DNA from: Chthonomonadales bacterium
Lineage (GTDB): Bacteria > Armatimonadota > Chthonomonadetes > Chthonomonadales > CAJBBX01
Direction of reading: 5' to 3'
Assembly: GCA_038229495.1 (NCBI GenBank)
Contig: JBBROJ010000006.1
Span: forward strand, 7,038-71,037
DNA length: 64,000 nt
Under the pieces are notes generated by a model. The model saw only the letters and a program-made list of their open reading frames with translations. It was not told where the DNA came from and searched no databases. Positions within the stretch are counted from its first letter, which is position 1, and every line of letters begins with the position of its first letter. A program made the position numbers and the translations under genes. This document shows, in pieces, positions 10,627 through 19,304 of the stretch.

Positions 10627-11688
10627 ATGCCTGAATCCCCTGCCGAGAATACGCCGCAAGGAAATGCTCTTAACGGCGCCGCCGCACCTCGACGGTCCGC
10701 ACGGGAGTTTTTGGATAGCTATCGCGGCATTTTTGCGTTCGTGCTGGTCTTTATGCTTGGCTGCTTCTTCACGCCCCGCGCGTTCGATACGGGCCTGCCC
10801 ATATTCCTCTCGTGGCATACCCAGCTCGACATCCTCTTTGAATATTGCGAATACGGGCTGCTGGCAACCGGCATGACGCTCGTAATCCTGAGCGGTGGAA
10901 TCGACCTATCGGTCGGCTCCGTCGTCGGTCTGTCCGCCACGCTCTTCGCGCTGCTGACGGTTGGGTTCGGCTGGCCTATCGGGCTGGCGCTGGGGGCCAT
11001 CGTGCTGGCGGGGCTGGCCGTTGGGTCCATCAACGGCATAATGGTCTCGCGATTTCGCATGCAGCCGTTCGTGGCTACCCTGGCGATGATGACGGCGGCG
11101 CGCGGGCTCGCAAAGATGATTTCGGGCGGCATTAAGGTGCAGCCCGCCGCGCAGCCCTGGTACAAGGTTACCGGCAGCTCGCCTCCGTTCTTCTCCTGGA
11201 TGACCAAGGCGCTGCCCGGAATCGGGATACAGCCAGCCACGTTCCTGTTCCTGATATGTATTCTGATTATGACGATTATCGTGCGGCGCGCCGCGTACGG
11301 CAGGAAGCTTTACGCCATTGGTGGGAACGAAGAGGCGGCCCGACTCTCGGGAATTGGGGTGGACTGGGTCAAGCTGAAAACGTATGCCCTCTGCTCAATG
11401 TTTGCCGCGCTGGCGGGGGTGGTGAACGCGTGCCGCCAGGACCTGGGCGACCCCGAGGCGGGTGCGGGGTTCGAGCTGGACGCAATAGCTGCGGTCGTTA
11501 TCGGGGGCACGAGCCTCGCGGGCGGGCGCGGGGGCATGGGCTTTACGTTTCTCGGCGTTTTGATAGTCGCGTATATAAACAAGATTCTCAGTCTGCGTGC
11601 CGTGCCTATCGCTCCGCGAATGATCATTCAGGGCGTGATAATTGCTCTGGCCGTACTGATTCAAAGACAGAAAAGGGAGAAATCATGA
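10627..11688 (+). CDS. sugar ABC transporter permease (RbsC/AraH-like)
   Basis: Polytopic membrane protein with TLVILSGGIDLSVGS and IAAVVIGGTSLAGGRG motifs. Start re-picked at ATG 10627. The stop overlaps the next gene's start (ATGA at 11685-11688). Confidence 0.85.
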   Translation: MPESPAENTPQGNALNGAAAPRRSAREFLDSYRGIFAFVLVFMLGCFFTPRAFDTGLPIFLSWHTQLDILFEYCEYGLLATGMTLVILSGGIDLSVGSVVGLSATLFALLTVGFGWPIGLALGAIVLAGLAVGSINGIMVSRFRMQPFVATLAMMTAARGLAKMISGGIKVQPAAQPWYKVTGSSPPFFSWMTKALPGIGIQPATFLFLICILIMTIIVRRAAYGRKLYAIGGNEEAARLSGIGVDWVKLKTYALCSMFAALAGVVNACRQDLGDPEAGAGFELDAIAAVVIGGTSLAGGRGGMGFTFLGVLIVAYINKILSLRAVPIAPRMIIQGVIIALAVLIQRQKREKS

Positions 11689-12716
11689 ACATGAAAAGGA
11701 TTGCGCTATTGGATTTTCGTCAATTTCATCAATTGCACATTTTGGGGCTAAGCGCCGCCGTCGTGCTCTTCTGCGGCGGCTGCCCAAGTTCGAACGAAAG
11801 TACGACAGGCGGAGGGCAAACCGGAGCGACGCCCGGCGGAACCAAGCTAGCGTCAAGCGGTCAGAAGTTCGTAATCGGCATGTCACAATGCAACCTGGGC
11901 GAGCCGTGGCGCGTGCAGATGAATGCCGATGTCCGGGAAGAGGCGGCGAAACACCCCGAGATTCAACTCATCGAGCGCGACGCTCAGAACAAGAGCGAAA
12001 CTCAGCAGGCTCAGATGCGCGAGTTCATCCAGCAGCATGTGAACCTGATTATCATCAGCCCGAAGGAATCGCGGCCGCTCACCAAGCCGGTGGAAGAGGC
12101 GGTGGACGCGGGTATCCCGGTCATTGTGCTGGACCGAAAGGTGGAGGGCGACAAGTTCACTTGCTTCATCGGCGGCGACAACACTAAGATCGGCAAGTCC
12201 GCCGGCGAGTACGTCAAGAAGATTCTGAACGGCCAGGGCGAAATCGTCGAGTTGAAAGGCCTGATGACCTCCACTCCCGCCCAGGAGAGGCATAATGGAT
12301 TCATGGAGGGCATCAAGGGTTCGAACATCAAGATTGTGGCGGACCCGGACTGCCAGTGGCTGGAGCCGAACGCGAATCGCGAAATGAAATCCGCGCTCTC
12401 CACCCATCCTAAGATCGACGCGGTCTACGGCCATAACGACCCGAGCGCGCACGGGGCCTACATGGCGGCGTCGCAGGAGGGCAAGGGCCGCGAGAAACAG
12501 ATCAAGTTCATCGGCATCGATGCATTGCCCACTGAGGGCGTGAAGTATGTCAAGGACGGCGTTCTGACCGCGACCTTCCAGTACCCGACTGGCGGCAAAG
12601 AGGCCATCGAGACGGCGCTCAAGGTGCTAAACAAGCAGCCGTTCGAGAAGACCGTAACCCTGGGCACGCGAATCTTCACGAAGGACAACGCGGACAAGGG
12701 CGGCGACGCGCTGTAG
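11685..12716 (+). CDS. sugar ABC transporter periplasmic binding lipoprotein (RbsB-like)
   Basis: ATG 11685 follows GGGAGA. Lipobox VLFCGGC. Periplasmic-binding fold motifs are present (FVIGMSQCNLGEPWRV, IIISP, VIVLDR). The long N-terminal extension in the ORF track overlaps the permease gene and is discarded. Confidence 0.85.
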   Translation: MNMKRIALLDFRQFHQLHILGLSAAVVLFCGGCPSSNESTTGGGQTGATPGGTKLASSGQKFVIGMSQCNLGEPWRVQMNADVREEAAKHPEIQLIERDAQNKSETQQAQMREFIQQHVNLIIISPKESRPLTKPVEEAVDAGIPVIVLDRKVEGDKFTCFIGGDNTKIGKSAGEYVKKILNGQGEIVELKGLMTSTPAQERHNGFMEGIKGSNIKIVADPDCQWLEPNANREMKSALSTHPKIDAVYGHNDPSAHGAYMAASQEGKGREKQIKFIGIDALPTEGVKYVKDGVLTATFQYPTGGKEAIETALKVLNKQPFEKTVTLGTRIFTKDNADKGGDAL

Positions 12717-12717
12717 C

Positions 12718-12760
12718 GGGTCGTTGGGTCGTTGGGTCGTTGGGTCGTTGGGTCGTTGGG
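12718..12760 (+). repeat. tandem 8-bp repeat GGGTCGTT x5.4, starting 2 nt after the binding-protein stop codon
   Basis: Perfect copies read directly from the sequence. Confidence 0.9.
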
Positions 12761-12830
12761 AAAGGCAGTCGACGGGTCAATTTGTAAATTGGTCAACGGG
12801 ACGTTATTATTGCTCGCGTGACAGAAAGCC

Positions 12831-12859
12831 GGCCCCCGCTCTGAATGAGAGCGGGGGCC
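12831..12859. terminator. GC-rich hairpin between convergent genes (candidate bidirectional terminator)
   Basis: GGCCCCCGCTC / 7-nt loop / GAGCGGGGGCC, followed by GTTTCC. Confidence 0.55.
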
Positions 12860-12901
12860 GTTTCCTATGTAGCTGATGCGACCGTGTCATGCCGCACGCC
12901 C

Positions 12902-13780
12902 TCAGGCCGCCGAGGCACGACCCTTTCGGCGCCATGCGAGGCCCATTGCCATTGCAGTCATCGAGCCGGCAAATGCTATTGCGGAGGGCTCGGGAACGGC
13001 TGCCGTAATGAATGAACCGCTCGTGCGCAGGTCGTATCCAATTTGCGCGCCAAACTGCGCGCCGGGACTATCCACCAACAATCGGTTGGAAAAGATCAGC
13101 TCATACGCATAGTTATGGCTTGGCATAAGCGTATTTGCAGGCAGAACCAGGCCGGTAGTTGTCGCGGGCTTAAAACCTGCGTCGAACACGACCGTGCCTG
13201 TGGTAAAGTCGAACAGGGTTAAGAAGAGCAAGGATTCGCTCAGCCCCGAACCAGTCACGTAGGGACTGAATAGGAAGGAGAACGGATTGCCGGCGTTCAT
13301 TCCCTGAAGGTCCGTGAAATTCGTTCAATCGAGAAATGGCAGTGACTGAGGATAGTGGTCGGCAGAATAATCGAAGGAGGTCGAGTCGGGTCCGGCAGGT
13401 CCGTCAGCGTTGTAGAGGTATGTGCCCATTGGATAGGCGAGGTCCATGGCGGCCTGATCTGCGAAGAATGGCGAGCTAAGATCGAACGTAGTCGGGGAGC
13501 TCAAGGGCATCGCGGCGGGTGAGCCGGGACCAGGATAGGTAACCGTGGCGGTAGTAAAGTCTCCGGGATTGATCGAGAACAGAGTGGTGGTAAAGAAGAA
13601 GCCGGTAAGCGAGAGCGAGTTACCGTTGTTGGTCTGCGTATAAGCGCCTGATCTAAACATGTTTATGAATGATATCTGGGCTTTTACGCCGGAGCTGAAG
13701 GAGAGGGCAAGAACTGCCAGCCCTGCGGCGACCAGACGAAAGCTCATTCCTCTTTGCGCACTCCCAAGCTGCATACTCAT
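12902..13780 (-). pseudogene. PEP-CTERM-anchored exported protein interrupted by one in-frame TGA (13327-13325)
   Basis: ORFs 13325..13870 and 12902..13300 are in the same frame, separated only by TGA plus 8 sense codons (..LPFLD*TNFTDLQGMNAG..). The upstream part has an SD plus signal peptide (MSFRLVAAGLAVLALSFSSGVKA). The downstream part ends in VPEPSAIAFAGSMTAMAMGLAWRRKGR, a PEP-CTERM sorting signal. Confidence 0.7.
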
Positions 13781-14011
13781 CATTGACCTCCATTTTAGAT
13801 AGGGCGGACTGTGGGCTTGAGGGTTCCGCGCTTTGTGTTGCTCTATCCTGCGTCGTACTGCGTACCGCAATAGAAAGTCCGCCGGTAAATCGTACAGGAG
13901 GCCCCAATAATCATTAGTGCATGAATCGTGCCAAATGATTATGCTTGCCGAAAATAAAAGTAAAATGCTCTGGTGGATTAAATACTTTCACTCAAAATAC
14001 CCACCCCTCGG

Positions 14012-14107
14012 CCCCCTCCCGAAGCGGGAGGGGGAGTTGTGGCGGGGGGTTACCGCCCAGCCCCCAAATCCTGGGGAGCACCTCAATCCCCGGATTCGGC
14101 GCTGAGG
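14012..14107 (+). repeat. multi-hairpin intergenic element beginning with a C5/G5-clamped hairpin
   Basis: CCCCCTCCCG-AAG-CGGGAGGGGG at 14012-14034, followed by small hairpins GGCGG..CCGCC, CCCCA..TGGGG and AATCC..GGATT. A related clamp hairpin lies at 52304-52326. Confidence 0.6.
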
Positions 14108-14339
14108 TCATCCGCAATTTGGACTCGTTGCCAGTCGGTAGTCGCGATATAATGGCCAAGAACTTCCCGGCCCTTCCTATTGCCGTATTTCTTTGCTGTG
14201 CGGTTCTACCACTGGCAACTTGGGAGAGGCGTTACAATCACCGGGATGGTGACGTTTCTGGGCGGTTGAAAATGCGCGCGCTAAGCATCGCTTCTTCGAA
14301 CGTTTCCCGCCTCGAACGCTGCGACGAATCGGGAATTCA

Positions 14340-14531
14340 CTAAGAGATCACCTTGCGTTTGAACATCACGGTGGCAGGGAAGAATGTCTGGTTACAAACT
14401 TCCCAGCCCTCCTTACCGAGATTGTTCAGCATTTCCACCGTAAACGTGCCGTATTCCTCATCGTTTTGGTCTCGCAGATTGTTGGACAACCCATGTGCGA
14501 TCAGCAGCTTGTATTCCAATTGTTCTTGCAT
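14340..14531 (-). CDS. DUF4177-like small protein
   Basis: 63 aa. YKLL...MLNNLGKEGWEV..FKRK pattern typical of DUF4177 (from memory). Confidence 0.6.
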   Translation of the reverse strand: MQEQLEYKLLIAHGLSNNLRDQNDEEYGTFTVEMLNNLGKEGWEVCNQTFFPATVMFKRKVIS

Positions 14532-14702
14532 GGCAATCCCCCTTGAAAAAAGTCAGACCGGGAAAGAAGCAAATGCTCGCGGCTTTGAGGCCGAACGACC
14601 AAGCTCACCCGACGCCGCTGGTCCGAAATGTAGCGAGGCACGAGCGAAGCGCATGGCGGTAGGCGCTCAGGTGAGCTTGGTCTGTCGTTTGTTAAGGATT
14701 TA

Positions 14703-15167
14703 TCACTCTCCTGCGTCGAGGAGAATTTTGTCGTACAAGCTCGGTGCAATCCGAAAGTCTTGCTCCAATAGAGCATCAAGACTGGGACGGATAGCACTGA
14801 GAAATTTTCGTTGTTTAGCCGCCAGTAGGATACCTAATGTTCCAATAATTGGCAGGCCCAATGCCGGAGCCAAACGCCGCGCGGGACGGTGATCCAAAAT
14901 GAGCAGCCGTGCCTGAATCTCAATAGCCAAACGTGTCGCTTCGCTCTCACCGACTCCGAGCGAAGCGCTTAAAATGCGAGGGCCAACAGCTTGGGATAAA
15001 GCCTGCTCGACAATCATGGCAGGTATGGCGACGGATACGGATACTTCTCTCACAACGGCGGGCGGAACTTCTACTGAATTGAAAAGCTGCTCCAGCAAGC
15101 GAAGTTGACTGATTTGCTCCAATGCAATAAGAGGGCTGGCATTCGAGACGACAGTTTCAGATGTCAT
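14703..15167 (-). CDS. DUF3368/PIN-like toxin-type nuclease
   Basis: 154 aa. VVSNASPLIALEQISQLRLLEQLF N-terminus typical of DUF3368. The start overlaps the upstream antitoxin stop (ATGA at 15167-15164). Confidence 0.7.
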   Translation of the reverse strand: MTSETVVSNASPLIALEQISQLRLLEQLFNSVEVPPAVVREVSVSVAIPAMIVEQALSQAVGPRILSASLGVGESEATRLAIEIQARLLILDHRPARRLAPALGLPIIGTLGILLAAKQRKFLSAIRPSLDALLEQDFRIAPSLYDKILLDAGE

Positions 15168-15426
15168 ATTGCTTGCGCTTGAAGTCGTTCATTTTGCCAT
15201 TGATCCTTTGTCATGTCGAGGAAGGCGATGCCTAACCGAGAAGCGTGGCGAACGAATTCCCAGCGGGACATATTGAGTAGTTCAGCCACTTTTTTCCGCT
15301 GGAAATGGCGCCGCGCCGGTAATGCTCTAAAATAATGAACTCGCGTGCAGCATGATGAATAGGCTGATTGGTCGCTTGGAGCAATGCCGCTAAATCGTCT
15401 TCCAAGTCTAAGCTGACGGTGTTCAC
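15164..15426 (-). pseudogene. UPF0175-family antitoxin, reading frame broken at an A6 run (or -1 frameshift site)
   Basis: Frame A reads MNTVSLDLEDDLAALLQATNQPIHHAAREFIILEHYRRGAISSGKK. Frame B continues VAELLNMSRWEFVRHASRLGIAFLD.., the UPF0175 signature. The junction is GGA AAA AAG TGG (15297-15286). Confidence 0.7.
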
Positions 15427-15596
15427 GGTTCCTCCTCTGTCTTAATTCTATCGAAGACGACTGTGCATAACCACGCACTTACACCAAACCGCGTCCAAGC
15501 GACACAACGATTAGGCTCATCGGCGCGTAAGGCAAGCTCTTCGGCAAACCGGAACCGGGTGCATTGTCTTCAGGTGCAACGCTTGGTTGGTTCGCG

Positions 15597-16091
15597 CTAG
15601 CTGGTGGATGGCGTTTTGTCGCGGTTGGCGATAAGGCTGCGCAAGACATCATTGACGACTAGATCGGTTGGAAATGCTTCCGCGACATCGGAAGCGAGCA
15701 AGGCCAAGTTCATTTTCCGACGAAGGCGTCCCGCGTGTTTGCCACGAACCCCGTTCTTCAGAAGCCCCTTATAGTCTGGAAGCAGATCATCGTCCTGCCC
15801 CGTGGGTGTTTGGTCGTTAGTTTTCATCTTCGTGGTGTTTGCGTTCCCCCGCGTCACCAATCGGGCGCTCACAATGTGAATCTTCCCCGCACGGTCGGCA
15901 TGAGACACGAGCAAAATCCGATTGAGCCGGGAGAGCTCTATAGAGATGAAGCGCTCCTCCCCGGCGGAATGAACTGGGTCAACGTACGTGACGGCGAGCG
16001 GATCATCCAACGACGAGACGGCTTCCTCGATCGTAACTCAACGCTTGTTCCAGTTCGACGCTGCCTTTTCGTCATCCCACTCGATTTCCAT
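15597..16091 (-). pseudogene. BrnT-like (DUF497) toxin with an in-frame TGA, continuing in frame into a BrnA-like antitoxin
   Basis: ATG 16091: MEIEWDDEKAASNWNKR*VTIEEAVSSLDDPLAV..GKIHIVSARLV. The TGA is at 16040-16038. The same frame then reads MKTNDQ..LLPDYKGLLKNGVRGKHAGR..LLASDVAEAFPTDLVVNDVLRSLI (internal ATG at 15827), the pattern of BrnT-associated antitoxins. Confidence 0.65.
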
Positions 16092-16189
16092 AACGGCATT
16101 ATAACCGAAAATGGCAAGCACAAAGCAAGGACGACCCAACGACAAAGTTCACCGGCGCGAAGAAGACGAAACGCAGTGCAGGAAAGCCT

Positions 16190-16543
16190 TCAACCGCCGT
16201 TCTCCGCGATTCGCGCCTTTACGAGCTTTTGCACAAGGGCGGCCGGCAAGGGATTGTCCGGTTGAAAACGGATAGCGCTTTTGCTGGTATCGTAGCCCTT
16301 GAGCTCGTCCTTGTAAGCCTCCATCGTGGAGCCGCTCATGAGGTAAAATGCGCAATGCTTCGAGGTCGCGCCGAAGCCCACGAGCAATCCATTCTGACGG
16401 AAAGCAGGTATCTGGTAGCTGATGCATTCGTCAGCCGCAGGCGCTGCTTCCTTGATGGTCTTTCTGAGCTCCTGCAGCGCGGCTCGCTTCTCGTCGCTCA
16501 AGGCCGCGAGGTATTCGTCGATTGTCGTGGGTTTGGTCGGCAA
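16190..16543 (-). CDS. DUF1801 (YdhG-like) domain protein
   Basis: 117 aa. TIDEYLAALSDEKRAALQELRKTIKEAAP ... CAFYLMSG pattern. Confidence 0.7.
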   Translation of the reverse strand: MPTKPTTIDEYLAALSDEKRAALQELRKTIKEAAPAADECISYQIPAFRQNGLLVGFGATSKHCAFYLMSGSTMEAYKDELKGYDTSKSAIRFQPDNPLPAALVQKLVKARIAENGG

Positions 16544-16638
16544 GGCTTTTGCTCCTGGGTTTGCAGTGAGAATAGATCACGGCCAGGGTTGACTGGCTGT
16601 CAGCGGCAGCCACACGGGGCCGCCCTTACGGCAACCTG

Positions 16639-17019
16639 TTACGGCAGGATGGCGACGGCTTCGATTTCGACGGCCACGTCGAGGGGAAGGCGGGCTACCT
16701 GTACACAGGAGCGGGCCGGGAGCGTATCGCCCCAATACTCCTTGTAGACCGTGTTGAGTCGCGAGAAATTGTCCATGTCGCTCAGAAAGACGGTAACCTT
16801 GACGGCGTGCTCCAGGCCCGATCCCGCTGCCTTCAGGATGGTCTCGACGTTCTTGATGCACTGGCGCACATGCACCTCGAACTCCCCGGCTACTATCTTT
16901 TTCGTTTCCGGGTCCATCGGCACCTGGCCGGACACGTAGACGAAATCCCCCGCGATGATTCCGGGCGAGTAGGGCGACCCAGTAACCGGCGACCCCGCCC
17001 AAACGGCCCTCTTTTCCAT
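16639..17019 (-). CDS. ridA: RidA/YjgF family reactive-intermediate deaminase
   Basis: Start re-picked at ATG 17019, 8 nt after AGGGAG. Motifs: SPYSPGIIAGDFVYVSGQ, ARSCVQVARLP..VEIEAVA. Confidence 0.85.
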   Translation of the reverse strand: MEKRAVWAGSPVTGSPYSPGIIAGDFVYVSGQVPMDPETKKIVAGEFEVHVRQCIKNVETILKAAGSGLEHAVKVTVFLSDMDNFSRLNTVYKEYWGDTLPARSCVQVARLPLDVAVEIEAVAILP

Positions 17020-17280
17020 CTGCGATCTCCCTTTTATGGTCAAAATTGGGCTATTGACATTATGCGTCCCATCTGTGTACCATTCGCACGATTGTACGCG
17101 ACGGAGAGGAGCGGAGTCAACCTCGCTTTAGATCAATTCGCGGCCGATTCGCCGCTTCCTCCCGGCAGGAATGCCGGACGGACGCGGAGAAACGAGATTG
17201 ACATCGAGTGGGAGTGTTCACTCTCTGCGCTTACTCTTCGATTTCACAAACCAAACCTCAACGCCCGAAAGGATATTTCA

Positions 17281-18441
17281 ATGGCTGAAAACCGCAAGCT
17301 GCGCGTCGGCATGGTCGGCGGAGGCGGGCCCGGCAACTTCTTCGGGTCGCCCCACCGCACCGCCATTCTGATGGACAACAGCGCCGAGCTTACCGCGGGC
17401 GCGCTCCGCTCCACCGCGCAGGGCTCGCTCGATGAGGCGAAACGTCTCTTCTTCATGCGCGGCTACCCGGACTACCAGACGATGATGCGAGACGAGGCCG
17501 CACTGCCGGCAGGCGAGCGAATCGACTATGTGACGGTTGTAACTCCCAACGATTCGCACTACGCGGTCGCCAAAGCGGCGCTGGAGGCCGGCTTCCCCGT
17601 GCTGTGCGAAAAGCCGCTCACGCTGACATTGGAGGAGTCGCTGGACCTTGTTCGCCTCACTAAGCAGAAGGGCCTTCCATTCATCGTCGCCTATACCTAT
17701 ACCGGATTCCAGATGGTCATGCAGGCGCGAGAGATGGTGCGGCAGGGAGACATTGGGGAGATCAGAAAGGTCGAGGCGTGGTATCCGCAGGGCTGGCTCG
17801 CAGATCGCACCGAGGATCAAGGCGTGCAACAGGCCCAGTGGCGCGTGGACCCCAAGAAGTCGGGCGCGTCGGGTTGCGGCGGCGACATCGGGACTCATGC
17901 GTACGAGTTCGTCCGATTCGTGGCGGGGCTGACCGCGGCACAGGTATCGGGGCGCCTCAAGACTTTTGTACCGAATCGCGCCCTGGACGACGATTTCTCG
18001 GTCCTCGCGCGTCTCAATAATGGCGGCGTCGCGACCATTACCGCCTCGCAGGTCACCGTCGGCGCGCTGAACGACAACGGATTCAGGGTGATCGGGACCA
18101 AGGGCACGATTCAGTGGACCATCACGGATCATTTGTCGCTCTATGTCTATCTCTCCGGCAAGCCGGTGGAGGTCTATCGCCTCGGCGACGGCACGCAATC
18201 CGCGGCCATGGCGCCTTACCTGCGGCTGCCCGGCGGCCATCCGGAGGGATTCCACGAGGCGCTCGGCAACCTCCACAAGACCATCCAGCTTCAGATTCGC
18301 GCAAAGAACGGCGAGGAGACCGCGACGCCCGTCCATCACCCTGACGTAGTGGACGGCGCGGCTGGCATGGCGGTCATCGAAGCGGCGGTCGCCAGCTCCG
18401 CCAACGACGGCGCGTGGACGGACGTCGTGCAAGTGGAGTAA
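17281..18441 (+). CDS. Gfo/Idh/MocA family oxidoreductase (second copy, diverged)
   Basis: ATG 17281: MAENRKLRVGMVGGGGPGNFFG, CEKPLT motif. The upstream part of ORF 16807.. lies antisense to ridA and is discarded. Confidence 0.85.
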   Translation: MAENRKLRVGMVGGGGPGNFFGSPHRTAILMDNSAELTAGALRSTAQGSLDEAKRLFFMRGYPDYQTMMRDEAALPAGERIDYVTVVTPNDSHYAVAKAALEAGFPVLCEKPLTLTLEESLDLVRLTKQKGLPFIVAYTYTGFQMVMQAREMVRQGDIGEIRKVEAWYPQGWLADRTEDQGVQQAQWRVDPKKSGASGCGGDIGTHAYEFVRFVAGLTAAQVSGRLKTFVPNRALDDDFSVLARLNNGGVATITASQVTVGALNDNGFRVIGTKGTIQWTITDHLSLYVYLSGKPVEVYRLGDGTQSAAMAPYLRLPGGHPEGFHEALGNLHKTIQLQIRAKNGEETATPVHHPDVVDGAAGMAVIEAAVASSANDGAWTDVVQVE

Positions 18442-18451
18442 GGGCAGTGAT

Positions 18452-18545
18452 GAGCAATGAGCAATGAGCAATGAGAACGTCAAGAACTCGGCGCAACGCG
18501 GAGGTTGCTCCCAACGCGAAGCTCATTGCTCATTGCTCATTGCTT
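18452..18545. repeat. inverted repeat whose arms are heptamer tandem repeats (GAGCAAT x3), filling the gap between convergent genes
   Basis: Left arm 18452-18475 is gagcaatgagcaatgagcaatgag. Right arm 18522-18544 is its exact reverse complement (23 bp). The spacer is 46 nt. The stops of the flanking genes are at 18439-18441 and 18545-18547. Confidence 0.9.
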
Positions 18546-19108
18546 CACAACGTTTTCCACTCGCCGCTTTCGTCCTGGAACTCGATCTTCGTGACGGGGT
18601 TGATGGCCCGGCCGGTCGCAAACCCCGTCAGGCGTACCTTCGCAACCACGTCGTGCATCTGTTTCTGCGCCCTGCCCGCCCCGTTCGCGGCGTACATTCC
18701 GAATCGCTGCATGCCTTTGGCGCTCCACTGCCAGCCCGGGTGCTTCGCGAGCGAGCCTGCCGGAACAGTCCCTTTCGCGCCGCCCTTGCCAAGATTGTCC
18801 GCGTCGGTCGGGCTGAGCACGTGGTCGATGGAGTCCACCACTACGACCCGCAGGCCGCCGTCAGCGGTTCGGTTGCCACTCACTGCATACCCTTCAACGG
18901 AGACAGCGGTCCTGGGGGCGCGTACGCCCTTGACGAATTCATCGACGGTGACGAACTGGTTCTCCTGCTTCGGGTTGGCAACGATCGGGGTGGTGGCTGC
19001 TTTTACGGGCTTCTTTTTTTGTGGCTGCGCAAAAGAAGAAACGACCAGGGGAGACGAAACGATACTCGCGGTTAGCAGCGCTGCAAGGGCAAATAGGGTG
19101 CGATTCAT
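18545..19108 (-). CDS. secreted protein of unknown function
   Basis: Start re-picked at ATG 19108 after CAGGAGG. Signal peptide MNRTLFALAALLTASIVSSPLVVSSFA, followed by a Lys-rich linker. Confidence 0.6.
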   Translation of the reverse strand: MNRTLFALAALLTASIVSSPLVVSSFAQPQKKKPVKAATTPIVANPKQENQFVTVDEFVKGVRAPRTAVSVEGYAVSGNRTADGGLRVVVVDSIDHVLSPTDADNLGKGGAKGTVPAGSLAKHPGWQWSAKGMQRFGMYAANGAGRAQKQMHDVVAKVRLTGFATGRAINPVTKIEFQDESGEWKTL

Positions 19109-19304
19109 GCGGGGAGTGGCCTCCTGAAAAACAAATGGTATGTGTAGTGGGGATGGGCCGCCAACAGCGGCCTGTTCTATTATACAGGGACTTGCTGCCC
19201 ATCTGATGGTTCCACCCATTGGATTTGCGGCATCCAAGTGGAACTGTGCAGCCAACGGTTCGTAATCAACTTTGCGAATTCTAAAATCGTATGAGGAGAT
19301 TGCT

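Noticed and set aside
11256-11684. Upstream part of the 486-aa ORF (Arg/Gly-rich) as a separate or longer protein. The same question applies to 16807-17280 for the 544-aa ORF.
   Set aside because: Both extensions overlap better-supported genes (the permease, and ridA antisense). In-frame ATGs with SD motifs, followed by lipobox or Rossmann N-termini, mark the real starts.
13325-16040. TGA reassignment (to Gly or Trp) or selenocysteine as the explanation for the two in-frame TGAs
   Set aside because: TGA clearly terminates conserved genes at their expected ends in this same window: ald at 10602-10604, the permease at 11686-11688 with ATGA coupling, and the antitoxin/toxin junction. The genome is GC-rich, unlike known TGA-recoding lineages. 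I see no SECIS-like hairpin immediately downstream, and neither family is a known selenoprotein.
17278-18483. 401-aa minus-strand ORF
   Set aside because: It is antisense to the Gfo/Idh/MocA oxidoreductase, which has clear Rossmann and EKP motifs. It is a shadow ORF.
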